Shown piece by piece: positions 51,810-61,716 of a DNA stretch of 64,000 nucleotides. Under the pieces are notes generated by a model. The model did not search any database. It was not told where the DNA came from and saw nothing but the letters and a program-made list of their open reading frames with translations. The DNA is from an uncultured Spirochaetota bacterium (GTDB taxonomy: Bacteria > Spirochaetota > Brevinematia > Brevinematales > JAOACQ01), in assembly GCA_963768055.1 (NCBI GenBank), contig CAVYGN010000002.1, positions 896,001 through 960,000 of the forward strand. Reading direction: 5' to 3'. The number at the start of each line of letters is the position of its first letter. Position 1 is the first letter of the stretch. Made by a program: the position numbers and the translations under genes.

Positions 51810-52067
51810 ATGGAAGAACGTGCAAAAAAAAGGACTAAAACAGGAATCGTGATAAGCGATAAAATGGATAAAACCAGAGTCGTAGTAGTGGAAGGAATGA
51901 AAAAACACACTATATACGGGAAATACCTTAAAATACAGAGGAAGTTTTACGCACACGATGCCCAGAATAAAAGCAAAAGCGGGGACAAGGTCACAATTGA
52001 GGAATCTATCCCTATTAGCAAGCTGAAGAGATGGATTGTAACCGAAATATTGGAGAAAGCGAAATAA
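51810..52067 (+). CDS. rpsQ: uS17
   Basis: [24 protein letters not shown]. Confidence 0.96.
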   Translation: MEERAKKRTKTGIVISDKMDKTRVVVVEGMKKHTIYGKYLKIQRKFYAHDAQNKSKSGDKVTIEESIPISKLKRWIVTEILEKAK

Positions 52068-52080
52068 CCGGAGGTGTTCT

Positions 52081-52449
52081 ATGATAATGCTGGGGACAAG
52101 ATTGGATGTGGCCGACAATACGGGGGCTAAAATCATCGAATGTTTTCATGTAGAAGGGAGTTCTAAAAGAAGATATGCTTATATAGGCGATACTATCGTA
52201 GCCGCTGTAAAAATGGCAGTGCCTAATTCTTCCGTAAAAAAGGGAGAGGTCGTCAGGGCTGTAGTGGTAAGGACCGCCAAGGAAACTCGCCGTAAAGACG
52301 GATCATATTTGAGGTTTGACAGGAATTCGGCGGTTCTGATCGACAAGGATAATGAACCCAGGGGAACAAGAATTTTCGGGCCTGTGGCACGGGAATTGAG
52401 GGATAAAAATTTCATGAAAATTGTTTCGCTCGCGCCGGAAGTGTTTTAG
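52081..52449 (+). CDS. rplN: uL14
   Basis: [28 protein letters not shown]. Confidence 0.98.
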   Translation: MIMLGTRLDVADNTGAKIIECFHVEGSSKRRYAYIGDTIVAAVKMAVPNSSVKKGEVVRAVVVRTAKETRRKDGSYLRFDRNSAVLIDKDNEPRGTRIFGPVARELRDKNFMKIVSLAPEVF

Positions 52450-52460
52450 GAGATTTTAAT

Positions 52461-52772
52461 ATGCAAAAGATAAGGAAAGGAGACCAGGTTGTCGTTATTT
52501 CGGGCCGCGACAAGGGTAAAAAAGGCGAAGTCATACAGGTCTCAAAAAAAGGCGTTATGGTCAAAGGAATATCGCTTGTAAAAAAATCCGTTAAGAAAGA
52601 CCCGAAAAAGCATCCTGCGGGCGGGTATATAGAAATCGAGGCCCCTGTTAATTCTTCGAACTTGATGCTTTATTGCCCGAAATGCAATAAACCGGTAAGG
52701 ACAGGCTTAATTATCGGGAAGAACGGGAAAAAAGGCAGGGTCTGCAAGAAGTGTCAAAATATATTTGAATAG
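52461..52772 (+). CDS. rplX: uL24
   Basis: [19 protein letters not shown]...SN, CPKC..CKKC. Confidence 0.96.
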   Translation: MQKIRKGDQVVVISGRDKGKKGEVIQVSKKGVMVKGISLVKKSVKKDPKKHPAGGYIEIEAPVNSSNLMLYCPKCNKPVRTGLIIGKNGKKGRVCKKCQNIFE

Positions 52773-52783
52773 ACGAGAGGTTC

Positions 52784-53764
52784 GTGATGGCTGATGAAAA
52801 TATCGAAAACAAAGATAAACAAAAAAAACCGGCTAAATCAAAATCCGCCGGAGCAAAAAGGGAAGCGAAGGGAGAAAAACCCGAGTTAAAAAAAACGGTA
52901 AAGCCCAAGGCTTCAGGTGAAACAAAAAGTGCCGGAGCTGTAAGCGCCGGAGCTGTTGTCGAACGTGCTGTAAGCGCCGGAACTGCTAAAGCCAAGAAAG
53001 CGGATGCGGTTGTTTCAAAAATCCCGGAAATAAAGCAAGAGAAAGCAAAAGAAGAGAAAGTAGAGAAAGTAGAAGTAAAACAAGAGAAGATTAAAGAGAA
53101 AGCAGAAGTAAAGGAAGAGAAAGAAGAGAAAGTAAAAGAGAAAATTGAGGTAAAAGAAGAGAAAAAGGCTAAGGGCGAGGGGAAAAAGCAGGCGGCTCCC
53201 AAGGCGCCGGTTGCCAAACATCTTTCGAGGCTTAAACAATATTACGATAGTGAAGTAGTAAAGGCGTTGAAAGCATTGTATAAATACTCAACCCCTATGG
53301 CGGTCCCCAGGGTGGTTAAAGTTATCATCAATATTGGAATGGGCGAAGCTACTCAGGATAAATCTGTTGTTGATGCGGCTGTTGAAGAGCTGACAACCAT
53401 AGCTGCCCAGAAAGCGGTAAAGACTTTCGCGAAAAAATCGATCTCAAATTTCCATCTGAGGGAGGGCATGCCCATAGGAGCGAGAGTTACTCTCAGAGGA
53501 GTCAGAATGTTTGACTTCATCGATAAGCTGATAAGCGTAGCGCTTCCCAGAGTCAGGGACTTTAAGGGTTTAAGTTCTTCAAGTTTCGATGGAAGAGGAA
53601 ATTACACAATAGGGTTAAAGGAACAGCTGGTTTTTCCTGAAATCAATTACGATAAAATAACAAAGATAAGAGGGATGGATGTTACGATTGTAACAACGGC
53701 GGCCAATGACGACGAGGCTTATCAGCTCCTCAAAACGCTGGGATTCCCCTTTAAAGAAAAATAA
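52784..53764 (+). CDS. rplE: uL5 with ~146-aa N-terminal extension
   Basis: Core from ~53225 (SRLKQYY): [37 protein letters not shown] before 52784. Confidence 0.95.
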   Translation: MMADENIENKDKQKKPAKSKSAGAKREAKGEKPELKKTVKPKASGETKSAGAVSAGAVVERAVSAGTAKAKKADAVVSKIPEIKQEKAKEEKVEKVEVKQEKIKEKAEVKEEKEEKVKEKIEVKEEKKAKGEGKKQAAPKAPVAKHLSRLKQYYDSEVVKALKALYKYSTPMAVPRVVKVIINIGMGEATQDKSVVDAAVEELTTIAAQKAVKTFAKKSISNFHLREGMPIGARVTLRGVRMFDFIDKLISVALPRVRDFKGLSSSSFDGRGNYTIGLKEQLVFPEINYDKITKIRGMDVTIVTTAANDDEAYQLLKTLGFPFKEK

Positions 53765-53779
53765 TTTGCCGGAGGGTAT

Positions 53780-53965
53780 ATGGCAAAAAAATCGATCGTT
53801 GTAAAATGGCAGAAACCGAAAAAATTTAAAGTCAGGGAATATAATAGATGCAAGCTTTGCGGAAGGCCGAGGGCCTATATAAGGGATTTCGGAATGTGCA
53901 GGCTTTGCTTCAGGAAGTATGCCTCACAAGGACTTGTCCCCGGCGTTATTAAGAGCAGTTGGTAG
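53780..53965 (+). CDS. rpsN: uS14, short Zn-binding type
   Basis: RCKLCGR...[14 protein letters not shown]. Confidence 0.96.
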   Translation: MAKKSIVVKWQKPKKFKVREYNRCKLCGRPRAYIRDFGMCRLCFRKYASQGLVPGVIKSSW

Positions 53966-53987
53966 AGTTTAAGAGCGAGGTTTTATA

Positions 53988-54371
53988 ATGGATGTCATAG
54001 CCAATTTTTTAACAAAAATCAGGAATTCTCTGGTAAGGCGTGTCGAAAGAGTTGAAGTCGCTAAATCGGGTATTGTCGGAGATATATTGAATGTTATGAA
54101 AAAAGAAGGATTTATTTCCGATTTTAAGGACTCACCCGATTCCAGGTTTAAATATATTGTCTTTCTTAAATCGATGTACGGTAAATCGGTTATTACTGGT
54201 TTGAAAAGAATTTCCAAACTTTCAAAGAGGGTTTACGTTAACGCTGACAACATACCGAAAGTGTATAATAATCTGGGAATATCCGTTATTTCCACTTCCA
54301 AGGGTGTGCTTTCAGATAAGGAAGCGAGAGCGTTAAAAATCGGCGGAGAAGTCATCTGCCATATTTGGTAG
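53988..54371 (+). CDS. rpsH: uS8
   Basis: D.IA..LT.IRN, STSKG, GGEVIC..W. Confidence 0.96.
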   Translation: MDVIANFLTKIRNSLVRRVERVEVAKSGIVGDILNVMKKEGFISDFKDSPDSRFKYIVFLKSMYGKSVITGLKRISKLSKRVYVNADNIPKVYNNLGISVISTSKGVLSDKEARALKIGGEVICHIW

Positions 54372-54380
54372 GAGTTTGAA

Positions 54381-54920
54381 ATGTCAAGATTAGCGAAAAA
54401 GCCTTTGATCGTTCCTGAAGGGGTTAAAGTACAGATAGAAAACGGCAAGATACATGTCGAGGGAAAGCTGGGAAAATTGGAACAATCTTTTAATACAGAA
54501 TTTATCACGGTAAAAAGCGATGGAAAAGAGATCCTGATCGGAAGAAAGGGGCATGAAAATACGGCTAAGGCTTACCAGGGTCTATATTTTCGTTTATCAA
54601 GAAACCTGATCCTGGGAGTTACCGAGGGTTTTTCCAAAACCCTTAATATTCAGGGACTGGGTTATAAATGGGAAATCAAGGGCAAAGATCTTATAATTAA
54701 TGTAGGATATTCAAAACCGGTTGTCTACAAAATACCTGCAGGGATTAATATGAAAATAGATAATCCCTCTCAACTTATGATCAGCGGCTGCGATAAACAG
54801 CTTGTAGGTCAGACATCGGCGGAGATTAGAAATATCCGGCCCCCTGAACCGTACAAAGGAAAGGGGATCAGATATTTGAATGAAAGGGTCAAGCTCAAAG
54901 AGGGAAAAACAGCTAAATAA
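54381..54920 (+). CDS. rplF: uL6
   Basis: MSRL.K.P, GVTEGF, RPPEPYKGKG.RY. Confidence 0.97.
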   Translation: MSRLAKKPLIVPEGVKVQIENGKIHVEGKLGKLEQSFNTEFITVKSDGKEILIGRKGHENTAKAYQGLYFRLSRNLILGVTEGFSKTLNIQGLGYKWEIKGKDLIINVGYSKPVVYKIPAGINMKIDNPSQLMISGCDKQLVGQTSAEIRNIRPPEPYKGKGIRYLNERVKLKEGKTAK

Positions 54921-54953
54921 GTGGTTTTTTAAAACGGTAAATAAGAGGATGAT

Positions 54954-55323
54954 ATGATAGATATACTTAAGAAAAAACGTAAGAGAATGCAGAAGGCCAA
55001 AAGAAGAAGCAGGGGGAGCCTGACAATCAGCCCGGACAGGCCGAGAATGGTCGTCTTCAAATCCAGGAAGTATTTGTATGTGCAGGTAGTTGATGATTTA
55101 CAAAAAAAGATCCTTCTTTCATTATCCTCTATTGCTAAAGAAATGAAAGATAAGAAACCTTGGTAAAAATATAGCCAGCGCCAGGATATTGGGCAATGAA
55201 ATAGGGCGTAAACTCAAAGAGAAAAAAATCGATTCAGTTTGCTTTGACAGGAATGGTTTTAAATATCATGGTAAGATAAAGGCTCTTGCGGAAGCTTGCC
55301 GCCAAGAAGGCATCAAATTTTAA
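54954..55323 (+). CDS. rplR: uL18, interrupted by one extra base near 55155-55162
   Basis: Frame 1: RPRMVVFKS..Y.YVQVVDD; after a +1 shift: GKNIASARILG...FDRNGFKYHGKIKALAEACRQEGIKF*. Span 370 nt = 3n+1. Confidence 0.9.
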
Positions 55324-55336
55324 GTTGGAGAAACGG

Positions 55337-55852
55337 ATGGTACCTAAGGATAATTTAAAGAATGCCGCTGCCAGCGAATGGGGTGAAAAGGTTGTAAGCC
55401 TCCGAAGGGCTGCGAAGGTTACGACGGGCGGAAAAAGGTTCCGCTTTAATGCAGTAGTTATTGTCGGTAACGGGAAAGGCATGGTCGGCCTGGGCTATGG
55501 AAAGGCTAATGAACTGGCTGACGCTATAAAAAAAGCGAAGGACAAGGCTATTAAGGCGGCAAGACCGATAAAAATGAAAAATACCACGATACCGCATGAA
55601 GTAACTGGAAAATTTAAAAGCGGCGTTATTTTTTTAAAACCTGCTTCTAAGGGTACCGGAGTTATCGCGGGCGGCGCGGTTAGGCCCGTTTTGGAATTGG
55701 CCGGGATACATGACGTATTGACAAAGTCGTTGCGGTCCACGAATCCGGTGAACCTTGTAAAGGCGACGCTGAATGCACTTTATAATTTAATCGATATTAA
55801 TGAAGTTGCTGCTAAGCGGGGAAAAACCGTACAGGAATTGTTCGGGAACTAA
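55337..55852 (+). CDS. rpsE: uS5
   Basis: KVTTGGKRF.F, GYGKA.E, GTGVIAGG; start reassigned. Confidence 0.96.
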   Translation: MVPKDNLKNAAASEWGEKVVSLRRAAKVTTGGKRFRFNAVVIVGNGKGMVGLGYGKANELADAIKKAKDKAIKAARPIKMKNTTIPHEVTGKFKSGVIFLKPASKGTGVIAGGAVRPVLELAGIHDVLTKSLRSTNPVNLVKATLNALYNLIDINEVAAKRGKTVQELFGN

Positions 55853-55866
55853 TTTTCGGAGGCAAT

Positions 55867-56316
55867 ATGTCTGTTATTGAAATAAAAGCTGGTATCAACG
55901 CGGGTAAAGACAGGAAAAGAAGGGGCCGGGGTATCGGCAGCGGTAGGGGAGGTCAGAGCGGAAGAGGCGCGAAGGGCCAGAAAGCCAGGTCGGGGGGATC
56001 TATCAGACCCCGTTTTGAAGGCGGGCAGATGCCTCTTTACAGGAGACTCCCTAAAAGAGGGTTTCGAAATATGAATAAGAAATTTTTTAACATTGTAAAT
56101 ATTTCATCTCTGGATGTGTTTGCAGAAGGTTCGGCGGTAGGTATCGAACAACTGGTGGAAAAGGGCCTCGTTAAACCTAATAAATTTCCCGTCAAACTCC
56201 TTGGAGACGGGGAGTTGAAGATCAAGGGGCTTAACCTGACGGTTCATGCCGTTTCTAAGAATTGCCGCGAGAAGATCGAGAAATTGGGCGGTAAAATAGC
56301 CCTCATAGAAGCTTAA
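55867..56316 (+). CDS. rplO: uL15
   Basis: GRGIGSG.G, KGQKARSG, FEGGQMPL.RRLPKRGF. Confidence 0.97.
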   Translation: MSVIEIKAGINAGKDRKRRGRGIGSGRGGQSGRGAKGQKARSGGSIRPRFEGGQMPLYRRLPKRGFRNMNKKFFNIVNISSLDVFAEGSAVGIEQLVEKGLVKPNKFPVKLLGDGELKIKGLNLTVHAVSKNCREKIEKLGGKIALIEA

Positions 56317-56338
56317 ACCCCGATAGAGGATATGTTTT

Positions 56339-57661
56339 ATGTTTAATGCCTTAGTTAATCTTTTTAAAGTACCGGAACTCAGGAAAAAACTCCTGTTTAC
56401 GCTGGGCATACTCGTAGTTTACCGGATAGGAGTACAGATCAGCGTTCCAGGGGTCAATATCATCAGGCTTATTGAATCGACAAGAGGGTCGTCGGGTTCG
56501 GACCCCTTTTCGAACTTTTTTAATTTATTTACAGGCGGAGCAAGAGAAAACGCTTCAATATTTTCTCTAGGAGTAATGCCCTATATTACGTCGATGATCA
56601 TAATGCAGCTTTTGAAAGCTGTAGTCCCATCTGTCGACCGTATGCTTAAAGAAGGCCCTGAAGGCAGGAAGAAGTACCAGCAGTACGGAAGGCTCGGGAC
56701 CGTTTTAGTTACCCTTATCCAGGGTGTGATATTCGCCAACGGTCTGATCCAGCAGAACGTCAGGGGATCGTTCCTGATGATCAGCAACACCGCTTTTACC
56801 ATCGTCTTTACTCTATCCGTAACGGCCGGAACTCTTATTCTTATGTGGTTCGGCGAGCAAATAACGGAGAGGGGTATAGGCAACGGGGTTTCATTGATCA
56901 TTATGGCAGGCATAGTAGCCAGGCTTCCTTATGGAATGTACCAGGCGTTTACCGGTGTTAATGCCGGGGCGACCGATCCGATGAGCTTACTCATCGTTTT
57001 CGCATTGTTTGCCGTCGTGATAGGACTTGTTGTTTTCGAAGAACAGGGCTTGCGAAAGATACCGATCCAATATGCGAATCGCGCCGCAGCCGGAGGTTCT
57101 TACGGGGGGCATGTATCATACCTGCCCTTTAAAGTCAACCCGACAGGAGTCATCCCTATAATATTCGCGCAGTCGCTTTTAATGATCCCGATGCAATTCG
57201 AGGGGTGGTTCGGATCAAAAGTTAAATTTTTACAGATGATAGGCGAGCAGATGCATCCGGATAAATTAGGGTATAACGTGGCTTATTTTTTACTTATATT
57301 GTTTTTCGCTTATTTTTATATGGAAATAGAATTAAACCCGCATGACATTGCGGAAAATTTAAGGAAGCAGGGCGGATTTATCCCGGGCGTCAGGCCGGGC
57401 CAAAAAACAGAGGATTTTATTTCTTTCACACTCCGAAGGATAACCCTGCCGGGAGCTATTTTCCTTGGCACTATAGCGCTGATTCCGACAATAGTGGCTC
57501 AGATATTCAATGTGCCTTCCACACTGCGTTATCTTATGGGAGGTACATCGCTGCTGATCATGGTGGGAGTATCTCTTGATACCTTGAAGCAGGTTGAATC
57601 CCACCTGATGATGTACCATTTTGATGGGTTTATAACAAGACCGGCGTCTAAAAAAATATAA
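56339..57661 (+). CDS. secY: Preprotein translocase SecY
   Basis: LGVMPYI, GIGNG.SL, GVIPIIFA, IPGVRPG, GGTSLLI.VGV. Confidence 0.98.
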   Translation: MFNALVNLFKVPELRKKLLFTLGILVVYRIGVQISVPGVNIIRLIESTRGSSGSDPFSNFFNLFTGGARENASIFSLGVMPYITSMIIMQLLKAVVPSVDRMLKEGPEGRKKYQQYGRLGTVLVTLIQGVIFANGLIQQNVRGSFLMISNTAFTIVFTLSVTAGTLILMWFGEQITERGIGNGVSLIIMAGIVARLPYGMYQAFTGVNAGATDPMSLLIVFALFAVVIGLVVFEEQGLRKIPIQYANRAAAGGSYGGHVSYLPFKVNPTGVIPIIFAQSLLMIPMQFEGWFGSKVKFLQMIGEQMHPDKLGYNVAYFLLILFFAYFYMEIELNPHDIAENLRKQGGFIPGVRPGQKTEDFISFTLRRITLPGAIFLGTIALIPTIVAQIFNVPSTLRYLMGGTSLLIMVGVSLDTLKQVESHLMMYHFDGFITRPASKKI

Positions 57662-57677
57662 TGGCGGAAATTAATAA

Positions 57678-58327
57678 ATGAATAATCTGGCACTTATCGC
57701 CCCTCCGGGCGCCGGGAAAGGCACCCAATCGGAAAAGATATGCTCTAAACTCGGCGTTCCCCACGTATCGACGGGCGATATTTTCAGGGCGATAGTAAAG
57801 GGCACTTACATTGGATCGTTTCCAACACAGGATATATTGAATTATATGAATAAGGGGCTTCTGGTTCCTGATTCAATAGTGGTTGGAATTCTTATTGACA
57901 GGATCAGGCAGGACGACTGTAAGAAAGGTTTCCTGCTCGACGGATTCCCACGGACAGTAGCACAGGGGGAAATATTCGACAGGGAAGCGGGGGACCGGGC
58001 TCTTTCAAGCGTAGTGCTGATTGAAGTAGATAAAGAAAGCCTCTTAAAAAGGCTGACTGGAAGAAGGACCTGCCCCGTTTGCGGCAAACTTTATAATGTT
58101 TTTTTTAATCCCCCGAAATTTGAAAATAAATGCGATGAAGATGGTTCCCCATTGACCATAAGAAGCGACGATAACGCTGAAACGGTAAAGCAGAGGATGG
58201 AAGTATATGAAAAAGAAACTGCCCCTCTTATAGATTTTTACCGAAAAAAAAGATCCTTTATTCTGTTGATGGCAACCGGGATGTGGGTGATGTTTTTAAT
58301 CAAATTATGGAGGTTATTCGCTCTTAA
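57678..58327 (+). CDS. adk: Adenylate kinase, one base short at A8 run 58244-58251
   Basis: [38 protein letters not shown]; the -1 frame gives [25 protein letters not shown] ending in TAATG with the infA start. Confidence 0.92.
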
Positions 58328-58545
58328 TGGACAAAGAAGACGTTATACGTTTTGACGGCATAGTTTTGGAGCAATTGCCCAATGCTATGTTCAGGGTAGA
58401 GCTGGAAAGTAAAAAGCAGATTCTGGCTCATATATCGGGTAAAATGCGTATGAATTATATAAAGATCATACCGGGTGATAAGGTGACCCTTGAAATGTCG
58501 CCGTACGATCTGACTAAAGGAAGGATCGTTTACAGGTATAAATAG
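58327..58545 (+). CDS. infA: Initiation factor IF-1
   Basis: [28 protein letters not shown]. Confidence 0.97.
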   Translation: MDKEDVIRFDGIVLEQLPNAMFRVELESKKQILAHISGKMRMNYIKIIPGDKVTLEMSPYDLTKGRIVYRYK

Positions 58546-58554
58546 GAGAAAATT

Positions 58555-58683
58555 ATGAAGGTAAGATCGTCGGTCAAACCGATGTGTGAAAAATGCAGAG
58601 TTATCCGCAGGCATGGCCTTGTAATGGTAATATGTGAAAATCCCAAGCATAAACAGAGGCAGATGGGTGATAAAAGAAAATAA
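58555..58683 (+). CDS. rpmJ: bL36 (Zn type) with short C-terminal extension
   Basis: Manual translation [42 protein letters not shown]. Confidence 0.95.
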   Translation: MKVRSSVKPMCEKCRVIRRHGLVMVICENPKHKQRQMGDKRK

Positions 58684-58704
58684 AATGAGCAAAGGAGGCT
58701 ACTA

Positions 58705-59073
58705 GTGGCTAGAATCGCGGGAAGAGAAGTACCCGGCAATAAGGCTGTTTTTATTGGTTTGACATATATTTATGGAATAGGAAGGCATAATTCCTCGAAG
58801 ATAGTTGAAATGGCAAAAATAGATCCGGTCAAGAAGGTCAAAGATTTGAGCGAAGACGAGCTTGCAAGAATCAGAGACGTGATAGAAGACCATTTTAAGG
58901 TTGAAGGCGATCTAAGAACCGAAGTTGCAATGAATATTAAGCGCCTTATAGATATAGGCTGTTACAGAGGCATGAGACATAAGAAGGGATTGCCGGTAAG
59001 AGGCCAGAGGACGCGTACTAACGCGAGGTCCTGGAAAGGCCCGCGTTCTAACGCGATAGGTAAAAAGAAATAA
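58705..59073 (+). CDS. rpsM: uS13
   Basis: [26 protein letters not shown]. Confidence 0.97.
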   Translation: MARIAGREVPGNKAVFIGLTYIYGIGRHNSSKIVEMAKIDPVKKVKDLSEDELARIRDVIEDHFKVEGDLRTEVAMNIKRLIDIGCYRGMRHKKGLPVRGQRTRTNARSWKGPRSNAIGKKK

Positions 59074-59099
59074 AGAATAACGGAGGATAGATAGTATTA

Positions 59100-59495
59100 A
59101 TGGCGAAAAAGGCAGCACCGGTCGCAAAGAAGAGGAAGGAAAAGAAAAGCGTACTCGAAGGCATAGCCAATATCAAAGCGACTTTTAACAATACGATTAT
59201 AAATATCACCGATCTTAATGGAAATTCCGTTTCCTGGGCAAGTTCCGGGAGCGTAGGTTTCAAAGGGACAAAAAAAGGGACTCCCTACGCCGCGCAGCTT
59301 GCCGCGGAAAAAGCGGTGGAACAGGCGAAATATCATGGGGTTCAATACCTGCATATACGTCTTAAAGGTCCGGGACCTGGAAGAGAATCGGCGATAAGAG
59401 CGCTGGATGCCGCCGGTTTAAAGATTAAAACGTTGAGAGATATTACCCCGATCCCCCACAACGGCTGCAGGCCCAGAAAAAAGAGAAGAGTATAA
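59100..59495 (+). CDS. rpsK: uS11
   Basis: [27 protein letters not shown]. Confidence 0.97.
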   Translation: MAKKAAPVAKKRKEKKSVLEGIANIKATFNNTIINITDLNGNSVSWASSGSVGFKGTKKGTPYAAQLAAEKAVEQAKYHGVQYLHIRLKGPGPGRESAIRALDAAGLKIKTLRDITPIPHNGCRPRKKRRV

Positions 59496-59509
59496 GCGAG
59501 GTTATAGAT

Positions 59510-60142
59510 ATGGGAAGATATATAGGTCCGTCATGCCGGTTGTGCCGGAGAGAGGGTTTAAGGCTTTTTTTAAAGGGCGATAAATGTTATTCGCCGGCAT
59601 GCACGCTTAACAAAAAATCAAGCGCGCCCGGAAAAGTTTCGAAATTCAAGAAAAAACCGACAGAATACGCCACCCAGCTTCGTGAAAAGCAGAAGGTAAA
59701 AAGATATTACGGTCTTTTCGAGAGGCAATTCAGGAGATATTTCGAAATGGCGACCGAGCATAAAGGAGTAACAGGCGAAATCCTTCTCCAGCTTCTGGAG
59801 AGGCGGCTCGACAGCTTGATCCACAAAGCCGGGTTCGCACCGTCAAAAAAATGTGCGAGACAGCTGGTCCTGCATGGCCATATAAAAGTAAACGGCAATA
59901 AGATAGATGTTCCTTCTTACATTGTTAATCCAGGTGAAGAAATAGTTATCGATGATAAGTCTAAGAACCTCGATCTTATTGTTAGGTCGATAGAGTCATC
60001 TCAAAACAAGGTAATGCCGCCCTGGCTGGAGATCGACAGCAAGAACCTGAAGATCAAAATGACAGGTATTCCTGCCCGGCTTGAGATAAATCCTGAAATA
60101 GATATAAAAGAACAGCTCATTGTCGAGCTTTATTCGAAATAG
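59510..60142 (+). CDS. rpsD: uS4 (Cys/Zn type)
   Basis: CRLCRREG...KC...C, QLREKQK, LERRLD, IVELYS. Confidence 0.97.
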   Translation: MGRYIGPSCRLCRREGLRLFLKGDKCYSPACTLNKKSSAPGKVSKFKKKPTEYATQLREKQKVKRYYGLFERQFRRYFEMATEHKGVTGEILLQLLERRLDSLIHKAGFAPSKKCARQLVLHGHIKVNGNKIDVPSYIVNPGEEIVIDDKSKNLDLIVRSIESSQNKVMPPWLEIDSKNLKIKMTGIPARLEINPEIDIKEQLIVELYSK

Positions 60143-60178
60143 TGAGAAAGTTCTTTTTAAAGTATATGGAGGAATGAA

Positions 60179-61204
60179 ATGTCTCAAAAAGGGTTATTAA
60201 AAGATATCATGCTGCCTTATGAGATAAAATATGAAAAATACTCCTATACCCCTTCTTACGGTAAATTCGTAATATATCCGTTCGAGAAAGGGGTTGGAGC
60301 AACTATAGCGAATTCTTTGAGGAGAGTGCTTCTCAGTTCGATACCCGGATATGCGATAACTTCAATAAAGGTCGAGGGTATCAACCATGAATTCGAACCT
60401 ATAAAGGGTGTAAAAGAGGATTTGACGGATATTATCCTCGCGATCAAAAAGATCAAACTATTGCTGAACGATGGAAGCGAAAAAAAGATAATACGTGTAA
60501 CGAAATCAGGGAAGGGAGAGCTGATGGCGAAGGATTTCGCCGTAGACTCGACAGTTGAGATCGTTAACGGAGATCTTAAAATAGCGACCCTGAACAGCGA
60601 TGCCGATCTATCGATGGATGTTCAGATAGAGTACGGCAGGGGATACCGTTCAGCCGAGGACCTGTTCGATTCGAATTCTGTCATATCCGTAATACCCGTA
60701 GATTCGATATTTTCACCGGTAGTCAGGGTAAATTACATAATAGAGGATTTCAGGGTCGGTGAAAAGACTGACTGTGAAAAGATAGTCCTTGAAGTCTGGA
60801 CATCGGGAGCCATACCGCCTCTCGATGCGGTTTCAAAATCGGCATCGATTTTAAAGAAATATTTTTCGCTCCTGACCGAATTTGAACCTGAAGAGGAAGA
60901 GGGCGAACCCGGAGAAGCACTTGACGCATCGGCGACAAGTGATATACTCGCGAAACCGATTACCGAACTTGACCTTTCAGTGCGTTCATTTAATTGTCTG
61001 AAAAGTTCGAATATCAATACGATAGGCGATCTCATGCACTTTGACAAGGATGCATTGATGAAGATAAAGAATTTCGGTAAAAAATCTTTTACTGAAATTT
61101 CAGAAAAGCTTCAGATTTTCGGTCTGACCCTTGAAGAAAATGCCGAAGGTCCGGAAAGCGGGGCCGAGGATAGTATAATGGAAGATTTTGAGGAAGGAGA
61201 ATAA
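60179..61204 (+). CDS. rpoA: RNA polymerase alpha subunit
   Basis: NSLRRVLLSS, HEF...GVKED, DSIFSPV, LSVRS.NCL, NFGKKS. Confidence 0.98.
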   Translation: MSQKGLLKDIMLPYEIKYEKYSYTPSYGKFVIYPFEKGVGATIANSLRRVLLSSIPGYAITSIKVEGINHEFEPIKGVKEDLTDIILAIKKIKLLLNDGSEKKIIRVTKSGKGELMAKDFAVDSTVEIVNGDLKIATLNSDADLSMDVQIEYGRGYRSAEDLFDSNSVISVIPVDSIFSPVVRVNYIIEDFRVGEKTDCEKIVLEVWTSGAIPPLDAVSKSASILKKYFSLLTEFEPEEEEGEPGEALDASATSDILAKPITELDLSVRSFNCLKSSNINTIGDLMHFDKDALMKIKNFGKKSFTEISEKLQIFGLTLEENAEGPESGAEDSIMEDFEEGE

Positions 61205-61206
61205 GT

Positions 61207-61707
61207 ATGAGGCATGGGGATAAAGTCAGAAAACTGAGCAGAAATACTTCGCATCGAAAGGCGCTCCTCAGGAATCTTGCAGCCTCACTGTTTAAATATG
61301 AAAACATTCAAACAACAGTAGAAAAGGCAAAAGTGTTAAGGCCTTATGCCGAAAAGATCATTACAAAGGCAAAGACCGACTCCCTGCCTTCTAAAAGGGC
61401 GGTTAACAGGGATATTAAAGACAGGACGATATTAAAAAAACTTTTCGAGGATATAGGCCTCCGGTATAAGAACCGAAACGGGGGGTATACCAGGATATAC
61501 AAGCTTGGGAAACGAATATCAGACGGAACGGAAATGGCGATGATCGAACTTGTCGAAGAGTCGCTTGTAAAAGAAGCCCCGTCCGGTACAAAATTGGCCG
61601 GCACCGCTCCTGTTGCAGAAACAAGCGATGAAAAAACGGAAGTTAAGAAAAGCGCCCCCAGGAAAAGAAAAACAGCGGTGAAAAAAACCGAAAAGAAAGG
61701 GGAATAA
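61207..61707 (+). CDS. rplQ: bL17 with C-terminal tail
   Basis: MRHG...KL.R...HR.A, TT..KAK, R.GGYTRI. Confidence 0.97.
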   Translation: MRHGDKVRKLSRNTSHRKALLRNLAASLFKYENIQTTVEKAKVLRPYAEKIITKAKTDSLPSKRAVNRDIKDRTILKKLFEDIGLRYKNRNGGYTRIYKLGKRISDGTEMAMIELVEESLVKEAPSGTKLAGTAPVAETSDEKTEVKKSAPRKRKTAVKKTEKKGE

Positions 61708-61716
61708 TTAAGTTCA

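Noticed and set aside
54954..58355. rplR and adk as true pseudogenes
   Set aside because: Both are essential, otherwise undamaged, and repaired by a single-base indel in a short run.
32828..61624. Many antisense and alternate-frame ORFs over ribosomal and RNAP genes, including the Phe/Ser-rich ORF 52711-53217
   Set aside because: Shadows of conserved or low-complexity sense genes, with no recognisable motifs.
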